From NCBI GenBank assembly GCA_021613535.1, contig CP075492.1, forward strand, positions 14,136,001 to 14,200,000: 64,000 bases of DNA, given 5' to 3'. The stretch is from Adineta vaga. Taxonomy: Eukaryota > Animalia > Rotifera. Position 1 is the stretch's first letter, and every line of letters starts with the position of its first letter. Of the stretch, positions 12,093 through 24,635 are shown in pieces. Made by a program: the position numbers and the translations under genes. The notes beneath the pieces are model-generated. The model made no database searches and was not told where the DNA came from. It saw nothing but the letters and a program-made list of their open reading frames with translations.

Positions 12093-15000
12093 TTAGCTAT
12101 TAATCGGATCGTTGCTAAGAAGCAGATGTTGAATAAACATATCCCATGATGAATCGTTGAGTTCTAATTGTTTACAATAGATACCATGACGTTGGCTGGT
12201 ATGCTGATAGAAATCAATCGCTTTGTATATCTGTTCGTTCATATTAGTAGATGAATTCTTGCAAATATAGTCCTAAATGGTATTGAGAAATTTAAAGGAA
12301 AATCAAAGAAGATTTAATTTACTTTAATTTGTTCGATATTAAATGGAAATTCAAATGTATCATGATGTAAAATTTGCATTTGAAGAACGAGCCATAAGAG
12401 GATAACACCTGTACCAATCAAACGAAGAATTTCATTTTGTAAATTTAATGCTAATAAAATGATAGTTCATATTTCTTTATAGTTTATATTGATAGTACGC
12501 AGTCGCTTACCGAGTGATTTTAAACCATGTTCGTTTAAATAATACTCAAGATTATGAAAAATAGTCTGATCAAGGTGAAACACATCAGCTAACTCTTTAT
12601 TTAATAGAAATGATCCATTCTATATTCGAATATTAAGAACATGTAACAAATAAATAATGAAATTTCGAAGAATTCTTACTTCAGATTGAAGTTTTAGTAG
12701 TTCATTCATCATTATTGGTGTCGATTGAATATCTTTCAATTGTCGGAGAAATGAAATATCAGTTGTCTTTTCTAAATGCAAATGCTATAACAATGTATAA
12801 CAATGACAAGAGATAAATTACTAGAGAAATTCTGTATTATAGTCTGAACATGACCAGCAAGCTGCGATAAAAGATTTCAAGATATAGTACAAAATCAAAT
12901 TAGAATACGAACTTGATACAAAGGATCATCTGATTTGCGAGCATAAACTATATAAAGAAAACAAGAATTAAATATTATTTATATTGGTTTAAAACTGACC
13001 CGATTTAGCTACAGCATTGGCTTGACTTTCAACGTATGCAATATGTTGTTCAATCCAGTCTTTTGTTGATCCTAGATAATATAAATAATATTCTATCTAT
13101 AGGTAAATCGCTGTCGAACTTTGATGATTAGAATCAACAGTATATGAAACTTTGGCACCTGAACGTGCTTCTTCAGCATCAACATGAAGTATACCATTTG
13201 CATCAATATTCATGCGAACAGCTATTTCAAGTGTTTGAGCAGCAAAGTTGTTTGTTAAACCAGAAAGATTGAACTCTCCCAGAAACATCTACGATGAAAC
13301 AAGATCATTTAAATCATATTTTAAACTGATTGAAATATGACGTACATTGTATTTTGTCAGAGTATGTTCACCTTCAAAAATGCGAATGGTAGCTGTTGTT
13401 TGATAAGCATATGCATTTGTAAATATTGACCAAAGTTCAGTACGAACTGGAATAGTTGTATTGCGACGAATAAGTGTATGCATATGACCATGAATATCTT
13501 CAATGCCCAATCCAAGTGGACAAACATCGAGAAGTAATAAGTCACAGATAGGAGTAATGCATGCTGCATCATTCTTTTTTCTTAATCCAAAGTAAAATAT
13601 TATCGATGAGAAATAGTGGTTCTTGTGAAACTTTGTAATACTTACAGTTTTTCTTGTCTACATTCATCTCCATCGAGAAGTGGTTTATTCGTAGGTACTG
13701 ATCTACACTTACTGATCTTTAACTTTGGTTCTAATGCAATCGATGGCCCCATACAGCCACTACTCATTTGCTGTGTATTCGATGCTGCCTCTTCTGCTAA
13801 TGATATTGTTCGATATGCTCTTTCTGGTGATAGTAGTCTGGCAGGTGAATTAGAATACAGACAGTTAGTATTAAGGTTGTCCATACGATTGAATGTTGTT
13901 TCATATTGTGGTACTCCTCCGGATAGCTCCTCCTCTATGCTTGACATCGGAGAAACGGATGCTGGTTGATTTTGAAGCAACTGAGATGAAAGTTCAAGAG
14001 TATCTGTGAGAGTGAGACGAGACGATTCACCATTTTCACCGCCAACACAATCATTTTTACAGGCTGAATCAGTTCGTTTTGATCGTAGTTCTGATAACCG
14101 GCTTGCTAAAAATAAAGATTGTTTACTGCTATATTTACATTTATGAAGATACTTTCATAAGTATGAATACAGAAACAAGTTCCGCACATCTCATGTTATC
14201 TTTAAATAGTATTACTAACTAAAGTCAATATAGGATGTTTCATCCATACAGTCTAAAAAGCCAAGATCGACATTATTCCAATCATCTGCTGTTTCTAATT
14301 CTTCTAGCACATGTTGCCATGGACAGTCTTCCTTTGTGAGTTCTTCCTCAATCTTGTCAAGATACATCATATTATCAGTAGTTGGAAGCTGTTTGTTACA
14401 TATTGTTGATGAACTTGCTGTTGCTGCTGCTGTTGATGGTTGAAGGAAGTCATTGGTATAATCAGGTACGTCATCTAGCTAATAAAGAAACAGTCTAAAT
14501 ATAGAGTATTGAATTAGGTACCGAAGTGCATAGTTTTCTTATCTCTTCTGTTTTTTCATTTATAAGTACTAAATTGTTCGCTTGACATTGTTGTTCTAAT
14601 GCTTGTCGTTCTTCTGCAGTTGCACCAGCCATTTCCGTTATTATATCTATTTTTTTCAAATTCATTATATATATATATGTGTGTGTGTGTGAATAGTCAT
14701 TTTATATACCGTCTCGCATTTTCTGTTCAAATTCATCTGCTTTATTGTATTCATTCAATGAATAGCGATATGTTCGTATAATACTCATCATTATGTCAAA
14801 TTTCACATCTTCACTTGCTCGATAAGAAATATCCTGACAGATTTTTTCAATATCATGAATAACATCTTTTTTTCTTGCAATCGATGCACTTTCAAGTGCA
14901 ATACGTGCATCAATTAATTTCTGTTTAATTAATGATAAATTTGACACATCACCATCCCATCTCATATATGGAAATAAATCAACATCATGTTCAAGCATAA

Positions 15001-18000
15001 CATCAAGAAGACGAACACCTACAATAGATAGTACATCATTTTACTAATAACGCTGTGCACGAATATACCTGGTACAGATGTTTTTAAATCTGTTTTCATA
15101 TCACGTTCTTCAATAGCAACAAAACTTGTATATGCACTAACAACAGAATGTTTTATACTTAGGTCAATAAGATCTCGTTTATATTGAATTTTCATCAATT
15201 CATTTTCACTTTCGTCCAAATCGAATAATCCATTTTCATAATCATCAATAATCGTTCGAGCAGTTAAACAGTGTAAAATACGACCGGTAGTTGCTGTCAT
15301 TGAACTACTAAATACATTGGTCACAAATTCTTGTCCATCAATCAGTACTGACAATGTTGCTTTATGACAATTTCGTATAAATCGATAGACAGTAAGTCGC
15401 ATTCCATTGAATAATGATCGAATCATTTTCGGTGCTTGCATGTGAAATTTTTCTTGTTCATCTACATGACCATGCCAATCAATCGAAATACTTGTCACAC
15501 ATGGTTGTCGAACATAATCGAGAATATTCAATACTTTTGTTTTCCATTTCGATCGATAATTTGAATCGAATATTGTTGCTAGACCACCTCCACTTGCTCC
15601 ATTAGCTAACTGTTTTAAACAATGTTTATTCGCAACATTACCAATCGAACACGTAAATAGACGATCATAACGCATAGTGAGCTGTTGTTTCAGTAGAATA
15701 AGAATCGAATTGAGATCATTAATATGTCCATCAGATACGAGAATAAACTGACGAGCTACCTTCGATGGTAATAATGAATAACGATGAAGAACAGAGAATA
15801 GATCTGTATTTCCACGATGAATCAATGAATGCTGAAATACATGAAAAGAATAAGATATACTTCAATTTCAAAGTAGATTACAAACCAAAACAAAATGTTT
15901 AGCTCTATCAAGATTCTCTTTTGTAGTTGGTACGGATATTGGAAAACATTCATCATTATCTAAGTAGTTTAAATGAAAAGAATAGAAAACGATCCCTGTA
16001 TTCTACCTGATCCGAAAGTAATGAGATTAAAATATGTATTTTCATCATCGATTTTCATATTTGTTAAAAACAAATGAGTCAATTGTTTTGCCTGTTGTGA
16101 ATGATTTCCATCCATTGAATTCGATACATCAATAATGAAAATAATTTCAATTTGTTCATTTGTATTCATTAATGTTTCAAATCGTGGATAGAAAGTTAAC
16201 ATACATGCTTGAGAAGTGAAATAATCTGATGATAATGTTTCAATGGACATTCGAGGTAAATTAGGATTATGTAATGTGATTGAAAGAATGAAATCTCGAT
16301 CGAGTAAAACATTATCCACTAGTTCAATCATAGCAATACAATTTGTTAATTTTCGACGAAGACGATGCGTTGGTGAAAAAAGTTTTGTTATATTATATGG
16401 CATTCGAATGGATGTTTTAAAAGTAAATTCGACTTTTTCATTTATAATACCAAATGATCGTAAAATTGATTGATCTCTTGTTTCAATTGCTTGTTTTGAT
16501 TGCCATGATGTCATTTTAGCTGGAAGACGAAATATAATATCATCATTTTCAATTTCTAATTCAGCGACATAGGTTATTTTAATGATCACTTCATTATTTG
16601 CTGGCAGATTACCAACAGCTACACTGAAGACTTGTGCTTCTTCCTGATGCATTAAATACGCACCATGACCTTTTTCAATTGCTTCTCGATATTCTTGTTT
16701 AGCTTGTTCTTTTTCTTTTACAACTCCTTTGATTACTTTATTATTAATATGTGCTTCAAAACCACAAACCGTGGAATTTTCATCAAGTGGAAATACATAT
16801 TTAGCTTCGATTGGTACGGAACTTGTATTGTGATAGACTTGATACATAACAACCTTTGTTTAGGAAATAGAAATCGCGAATGTATTAACTTTGATAGAAG
16901 AATTAACTGTATATTACTTCAACTGTAGTATCAACAATTTGTGCACGAATATGAAATGATTTCAGTGGTACAAGTTTTCCTGATGATGGACATATTAAAC
17001 CATAATCTTGTTCAGCTACTTCAATAATTTCATCATCGATGGTCATGAGAACTTCGACTATATGACCTTACCGTCATAGGTTTATTTCTAATCAAGAAAG
17101 ACTTATTCTTACCATGTTCACTTAACTTCAATGTATATTGATCATGATGAGTTATTGATAAGCGTTCAAATTCATTATTTAGAACATCCTTCGGTAACCA
17201 TGATACTTCCACAATATAGAGTAGAAGTTGTTGATCCAGTCGATAGATTGCATATTCATTATCCTAGTTGAATAGCAATCACTTTTATTTTTGGAGTTTT
17301 CAAATTCGAAAAGATACTTACAATAAACATTGAATGATTCTCTTCAGTTCGTTTAATTCCATGAGTACTATGAAATCCATCGGCAGGTTTAGTAAGGGTT
17401 GGTGAAAATGAATAATATTTGGCAGATTCACCTAGTGCTACTCGACAAATGCATAATAACCGACGACCTGGTCGTACTGTGCTTGCTGTCGTATATTGGA
17501 GTGAAGTTGAAACGGAATCAGAAAAATATATTCCATAACCAAGACAACCAACATCCGTACGTGTGACACCTAATTCTTCAACTACCATTTTCGGCATCAC
17601 TAAACCGCTGAATATACAGCATACATTTACTACGTAAATATTTAAGAAATGCAATATAAATATATACTACCGTGAAAGAATTCCAAGAAAATTAGTATAT
17701 TTTGAACCATGGAATAATTGTTGTTGATGGGATAATGTGGTAGAAAAATTAAAAGTATCAGTCTGTTTAGCGACACTAAATATGTTATGAATAACGATCT
17801 GCTCACCACTTAGTATGAACAAATAAGTCTATATTATATTTATCAAGTTAAATTTCAAATATATTTTACCTGTCTGTTGATGATTCAATAAGTTTTACAA
17901 TATTCTTATATTCAGGTGTTGAACTAGATAATGTTTCAATGTAACATTTTAATGCTCGATATTTTGCTTCGATCGGTGCTTTCATATTCCAATTCGTCAG

Positions 18001-19446
18001 TTCATTGACTGTCAGCATATCTCGAAGCATCTTTGAATTGTACAGACGTTCTAGTAGAGCAAATCAAAAGAATATATCAATACATACTTGACATAAGTCT
18101 AATTTTTCAATCAATACTCGACGATTGTTGATGAGATCAATTTGATACTGTGATCGATGTGGTAAGAATGAATAGAAACGAGTTACAGCAGTAGGATCAT
18201 TGGTAGATTTCAATTCCAGTAGTGCAGCTTCAGCTTCAATGATCTATACAATAATTTTGGATATGAACTATATTTTATACGCATGTAGAACAATGAATGT
18301 GAATACCGTTTTAAGAGTGATGGATTCCAGTGATATACTCAACATTTTATTCAGATCACCAATGGATTCTAACCAAATTGATTCAATGAATTGACACACA
18401 TTTTCGTCAAGTATTTGTGCATCAAGACGATGAGTAAATAATGACTAAGTACAATAAGATCATTATTCAGTTATTGATTCAATATCATTTTGCTTACGCG
18501 TAATAATAATTTTGAACCTAATTTATTCGGTAATATGTCACGAATTCGTGTTATACGTGGCATTGTAGATATTCGATTATAGTAAGATGCAAATAATTGT
18601 TGTTGTTCATTCGGATCATTACCAAATGCATACTGTATTAAAACATTCTTATCGTGTTGCTGCACTCGTTCATCAACGATCTGTTTTTCATATCGAAATC
18701 GTATACGATAATCACTTGTCTTCGAATTGTAGTATTGTTCAGGAATAATTTGAAGTTCGAGAGCAAAGAAAACAGTTGAACTATCATTCGTTTCCTATAT
18801 TATGAACAATAAAACTTGTAGAAATTCGAACATAAGTATGTACTTTGAAAATTGCCCATTTACCAATCGTACAATGTGTTAATTCATCAAAATGAGGTAA
18901 ATTTCTATCGTCTGCATTCCATAGTTTGATCTTATTTAAATCGAGTTTAATGATTTTAGTCGCATTTGCTCGAGATTCTATATCGATTAAGAAAATATAA
19001 AACCAATGCAAATAAAAAATACAATACAGTACCTGTAAGAGTAATTGTGCCAGTCTTAGTAAAATTGTCTTGATCTTCAACTGATTTGATACTAAATTTA
19101 TTAATATCGATCGATATTTGATCAGACGATAGGCAACGACATTGATACACATATTCAACATCGATTACTGGTATACCAAGCTTTTTAGCACGACGTATTT
19201 TATAACTATCCACATTGTTTGTAGTTAAAACATAATCAGTCTTAAAGAAAATTTAAACTATGTGTTTACGGACGAGAAGAGATAGAAGGAAAACAAACAT
19301 ACACTAGCGGTAAGAATATATGAGATCTGTGCGTGTTGTTCTCGTAGATAATTGATCAAGTCTTTTTTAGCTTTGAAGCTTTTTTCATGACCAAGTTCCA
19401 ATACAATAGTTTTTCCGTTGAATGGCGATATACGTGAAGAAGTCAT
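12093..19446 (-). CDS. PARP4: PARP4/vault-PARP-like multi-exon gene: BRCT, WGR-like region, PARP catalytic, VIT, vWA, linker, HSP70 substrate-binding-like domain, PARP4-type C-terminal domain
   Basis: BRCT-like N-terminus (FNGKTIVL...AKKLGIPVIDVEYV). PARP H-Y-E motifs LFHGS, LGYGIYFSD and DNEYAIY. VIT (IEAKYVFPLDENSTVCGFEA) and vWA MIDAS motif DVSNSM. C-terminal LLKLQSE|NGSFLL and YCKQLELNDSSWD. The GT-AG junctions I checked by hand between 13645 and 12093 are in frame. Confidence 0.88.
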
Positions 19447-19754
19447 CGATGATATTTAAGGTAATTTTCGATATAAACGTGCAAAAATATAAGTATGGTT
19501 ACTCTGACTCACATACATTTTACACGTTGCGCGTTATTGCACAAGCCGTTGAAATACGTGTATGGTGAATGTTTTCTCCAGTCATGCAAGAAGGATTGTC
19601 GCTAATTGTCTTAGAGAATGAATATTTTTTACTGGAAAAAGTACCTTTTATAAATCTACAGTTTGATAACATGAAACTGAATTTAATCAACGAGGAATCG
19701 CTCTAGACAACGGTAATTGAAAGTTAGAATTAATCTACGTTAAGCTGTCTATAT

Positions 19755-20120
19755 TTGATCAGTATAGGAACATGTGATCATGATACTTGTCAATGCGATA
19801 AAGTTGCTGTTGAATGTTTTCTTCGTCATAGAAATACTACTTATGATCGTGATTTCAATAATTGGAAAGGTCTATGTACTAAAACATCCAACGAACCATC
19901 AGATGATCCTCAGAGATGTCCACCTGTTTGGAATAAGAAAACAAAATATATGCGTAATAATTTAGTAAGTATCAATGGAATTGTATATCAATATCTTCAG
20001 ACAAATAATCCAGGTGAAAATCCCAAGAAAAAACTACCCAGTATGAATATACTAGAACGTGAAGCACGATGGAAAAAGTTGAAACGATGCCGACGTATGG
20101 ACATAGTGAATGACTTTTAA
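19755..20120 (+). pseudogene. Secreted phospholipase A2 C-terminal half plus a CBM5/12-like module; 5' exons not found
   Basis: CDHDTCQCDKVAVECF resembles the sPLA2 C-x-C-D catalytic-Asp helix. PPVWNKKTKYMRNNLVSINGIVYQ resembles the ChtBD3 pattern W...Y..G..V.Y.G..Y. Confidence 0.5.
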
Positions 20121-20434
20121 AACTTGAAAATAAATCATCATGATAGTAGTAAAATGGTTAACAGATATTTATATATTGTGGAATTCTACGATATAACGCG
20201 TGATGTATGATTCATCCTTTCAGTTATACACATTTCATAGTGATTCACACATATGTTAATATATAGAGAAAACGAAAAAAAGATAAAAGATAACTATATC
20301 TGACTATATATATGCACATGTTCGAGGATAGAAAGTCAAAGAAAAGAAGATAAAACTACACAATATATGTTCGCATTTTAACGATCACATCCAAGTGACT
20401 TTTCTTTCTTAAAACATTTTCGTCGAAAATCATT

Positions 20435-21699
20435 ATGTATACACTTTCATACGATACATTTATTAACAATAATGATATCTGTTTATTACCTGGTATTAAT
20501 CCTCAAACAATTGAAACTTGCTGTGATCTACTTCAAAAGAATCGTGAAACTCATCATGTTTTTTTCTATATACCAGGTGGTTTTCATAATCATATTGCAC
20601 ATCATCTTTTAGCTGCTCTTGGACTAGGTGCTTCATCTTCTACATTGAAACATATCTATGAAAAGCAAACAAAGATTCAACAACCATTAGTTGCACTTAA
20701 TCAGAAAAATGATTTTAATGCAGAAAAATGTTTAGGTAATGATAATTATTATCATAATTATTTGGAATTCTTTGAAAACGAATTGAAAAATGAAAAATAT
20801 CATGGAAGTAGTATTGATTTAATTGAAGATTATGTGTTCAATAAAGGTTATCTTGGTCTTATATTAGGTGGTGCTTATCATCCATTTATTCATCTTGGAT
20901 ATGCTCTCGAATTTCAATCGAAAATAATGACTATTGAAGGTTTAGCGATGGCAGCAGTTGATCGAATCAATATGAACGAGATTGTCGAACATTTAAATTA
21001 TGATCAAATAAATAACGATGGTAATCGAACAGCTTTAGAAATTATTGACTTAATTTTGAACGATCGTCGTTTTGATGAAATGATTTTTTATACAGATCCG
21101 AGACCAAAAACAGATACATTCTTGAAAAGAGGTGGTGCTCCATTGATTGCAGAATATGCTCGAATGTGGAAAGTAGATTTAAATGAAGCAAGACAAATTA
21201 GTATCTTAGTGAATACGGCTGCTCTACGACCAAAGAAAGAACCACGTTTAGATTTTTTTCTTATGCATGCAACAACAAGTGGTTTATTCTTGGATATCAT
21301 TGTTCATTCATTAAAAAACAAAGAAAATCAATTGAAATTAATAAGAGCTAAATTTGCCGTCGATCTTTTTATTACGTTGCACGTGGACGACCAAAATTAA
21401 ATATAGATTACTTATGTAATGAATATCAAGTCTCAAAAGAACATTTATATGCTGATGCAACAAATCCATGGTTACCTCTTATTGATAAATGTTTAACACA
21501 TTCAGATGAACATGTACCAAAGACAATAAGAGCATTGATCTATGCAGAAAAATTTGATAAGGCACAAGATAAAGAGAAATTACCGTATTTAAAAATTGCA
21601 CAAATGGTTATGGATACTTTATTTCCAATTGGAGAAAAAGATTGGGTTGAAGAAGGGATTGGTTGGGATGAATATTGGATGACTGTAAACGATTTGTAA
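20435..21699 (+). CDS. Questin oxidase/HypA (AflY-like) oxidoreductase, fungal-like, with a 1-nt frameshift near 21370
   Basis: Motifs GFHNHIAHHLLA, HPFIHLGYALEF and LDFFLMHATTS. After the T-run at about 21365 another frame continues YVARGRPKL...DEHVPKTIRAL...GIGWDEYW to TAA at 21697-21699. Confidence 0.8.
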
Positions 21700-22123
21700 A
21701 GATTTTGATGTCATCTTTGAAATAAACTTTATCTTTGATCATTAGTTTTAATATTTTATATTTAAAGTCTTTCAAAACAATACTAAAAAGTAGAGTGAAA
21801 TGATTGTTTATTGGTTTTAACTGATTGACGAATACTTCAAACAAAATTATTTCAGTTGAAATTACAATCAGTAATTACAACAACATCAATATATAGTTTT
21901 TACAAATTATTACGAATAGAGAAATAATCGTCTACGGAATACGTTTCTATTTCAGCATCATGCCAATCATATATAGTTATATTATCAGATTATTCGCCAT
22001 TCACTTTTATACTTTATAGATAATAATAGTCAAGAGAATTAGTTATGAGTATTAGTAAAAAGCATCTTATGTTAGTATCTACGGATGATAAGAAAACGTT
22101 TCTTTCCATGTTCCATCAGTTGT

Positions 22124-22452
22124 TTAACATGGTTTTAGAACATTTTCCTCATATAGATCGGCCATATTTCCACCTGAAACATAGTTTCCAACGACATACA
22201 AAGTGTTGCTCTTAGACACTGCTCTACCAATACTCGAACGTGTTGTACTTTTCCAGACTACTTGCGTGAAATGTCCAGTAAGCTTCTCCACCTTTTGAGA
22301 ACAAGAAGAAAGTTTTAGATGCGAAAATGAAACAGATATTATGATTTACCTTCGCTGGATACTACTGAACCCGATGAACTAGCTGAATAAAAGTTCTCAC
22401 CCATCCATTCTCCATGGAATTTATTTCCACTGTGCTCTAAATACATCATTAT
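22124..22452 (-). pseudogene. 5'-truncated CAP/SCP (GAPR-1/GLIPR2-like) gene fragment
   Basis: Minus-strand translation gives LEHSGNKFHGEWMGENFY, then GHFTQVVWKSTTR...YVVGNYVSGGN...NVLKPC*. Confidence 0.75.
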
Positions 22453-22453
22453 T

Positions 22454-22470
22454 TGAGGGTGTGGGTGTGG
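22454..22470 (+). repeat. Interstitial telomere-like motif TGAGGG-TGTGGG-TGTGG
   Basis: Sequence tgagggtgtgggtgtgg; TGTGGG and TGAGGG are the known bdelloid telomeric units. Confidence 0.6.
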
Positions 22471-22945
22471 CAATTGATAAGTTAAACGAATGAAGGGTAA
22501 AGTACTACTTGACATGAAATAGAGATTTATTTGCGAAGATCACTTTACAACCATCAGGACTATATGATATGGTTCAACGTTTGGCAATGATCATACTTGG
22601 TATACATAGATAACAAAAACTATTGTAACTTGACAAGTGCGTACAGTTATCTCAATACACACATTCTTATGAACTTCTTCATTTGAATTCGTAATATCTA
22701 GCTCAAACATTGTAAGAAAATTGTGTTTTGTCTAGAAAGCAATAAACATACTTCGCCAAGGTTTGATAAGAAGGGAATATAGAACGTAAAAAACAAATAT
22801 AATTTCGCAACGTGTTAGCCGAAGGTGACGTTTTATATGGTTATCGATATGAAAAATCCAAATCATCATTCTGTATGCCTTACGCAATACGTTTACGATT
22901 CATAAGACTATAAAACAGTAGGATATCAATGATATACTATCGAAA

Positions 22946-24023
22946 ATGAGCTCAGACATTATTACTAACGATAGAACGAAAACAGTCATGAAAAAAACTG
23001 TTTTACTTGATATTCCACCACGATTACAATGGGATCATGGCAATGGTTTCTGTGGTGAAACATCGCTTCAATCTATCGGTAAATAAAATTCGACTTTTTT
23101 TACAAACTCTCACTATAAATGATAATTATTTGATATTATTAGGTCTAAAGTATGGTGCTTGGATTTCACAAAAATTAATTCGTGATATTAACAAAGGTGA
23201 ATACCTTTTACAACCAATGTCCTCCAATGATCGTCGAAATTCATTACGTACTTTGGCAAAACTTCATTTCACATATGACGAATGGGATTGGAAGAATTCT
23301 CCTCAACCACAATTCCATCAGTTTTGTCTTTGGATGAAACGATGTATTTTACAACGATGTCCTATTATATTTGCTATTTTTCTTCCTGGTATGGATTATG
23401 AAGATTATGATCATATTGTTCCTGCAGTTGGCATACAATATCAAAATGAAGATGAATACGATCCAGATGATAAACTGATCTATTATGATTTATACGCGAA
23501 GAAACAAATTAAAAAAAGACTCAATAACGAGGAATTCGGTGCAACTAGAAGAACTATTGATTACAAAAAGAATGCTGGCGATGGATGTTTACCAATTGAT
23601 GTAAGCTTTTTCATTCTAATTCTATATCATCATTGAATACAGACATAGAAATCTTTTCTGATATCGTAGATTGATTATGGTATTGCTATCACTGGTATAG
23701 TCGATGAAGATCAAGTAACATTACCAATTCATTTATCTGTTTCTGCGTGTGATGAACCTGATCCAATCTTTTGTGAAGCTCCACGAGAAATGACTGGAAT
23801 CATTACCGTAGAAAATCTAACAATTGGAATGTTTTACGCTCTACTAAGATATTCATCCTACAAACATGTGCCAACAAAAGGTGATGCGGATGCTTTTCTT
23901 CAATCGAACTTTGATGAAATACATGTATTTATGGCAATGGAAACGAACTATGTGTATGAAGATCCAAAGCAAATATCATCAAAACGATCCGTTTATTATC
24001 GATGTGTTATAGTACCTGAATAA
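22946..24023 (+). CDS. Hypothetical protein with a papain/C39-like Cys-His signature, two introns, microbial-like
   Basis: Exon 1 reads MSSDIITN...LDIPPRLQWDHGNGFCGETSLQSI. A later exon has YDHIVPAVG and YYDLY. Introns at about 23079-23142 and 23601-23669. Confidence 0.65.
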
Positions 24024-24635
24024 TATTTGTCAAATTTCATACAGATGTAAACAGATGAATAACAACTACCAATGTCGACTTTTATCAAGCGATTTTTTGA
24101 TGAAAATATTGCAAGAAATTGATTGTCTTATACTTTACAGATGTTAGATTATGGAGTTAGGTTTTTTTTCTGTAATTATAAATTTGTGAAAACTAAACGC
24201 AAAGGATGTATTCGTAACATAAATAAAACGAAGCGTACAAGGAAAAACGATATCGAAGTTTAGAAGGACATCTATTTATCAGTGAGAAAAATGTGTTTGT
24301 GTATATCCTTCGTTATACAGTAATCTGATCGAAGGAAATAAATCAAAGAAAACTGTTTTGAATGTAGAGCTATAAAATATCAAGTTTTGAACTTTTATTA
24401 ACAAAATACATCCGACGTATGCGTCTCAAAGAAAACGTATCATTGATTTTTGTCGTAAGAAAAGAAAGAAAACATGCCTGTCTATAGAACACTATGATGA
24501 TTTTGCATATACTATAACCAAGGGTATCAATGGTATATTTAGAAAAACTTTCTATAAGATAGTTATATTTTATTCAGACATACTGCATGAAACTCATCTT
24601 AACATTCATCACAGTGTCTCTTTCGTTTTTTTTTA

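Noticed and set aside
13097-13510. Stand-alone HSP70 gene or pseudogene
   Set aside because: There is no ATPase domain, and the exons splice in frame with the flanking PARP4-like exons.
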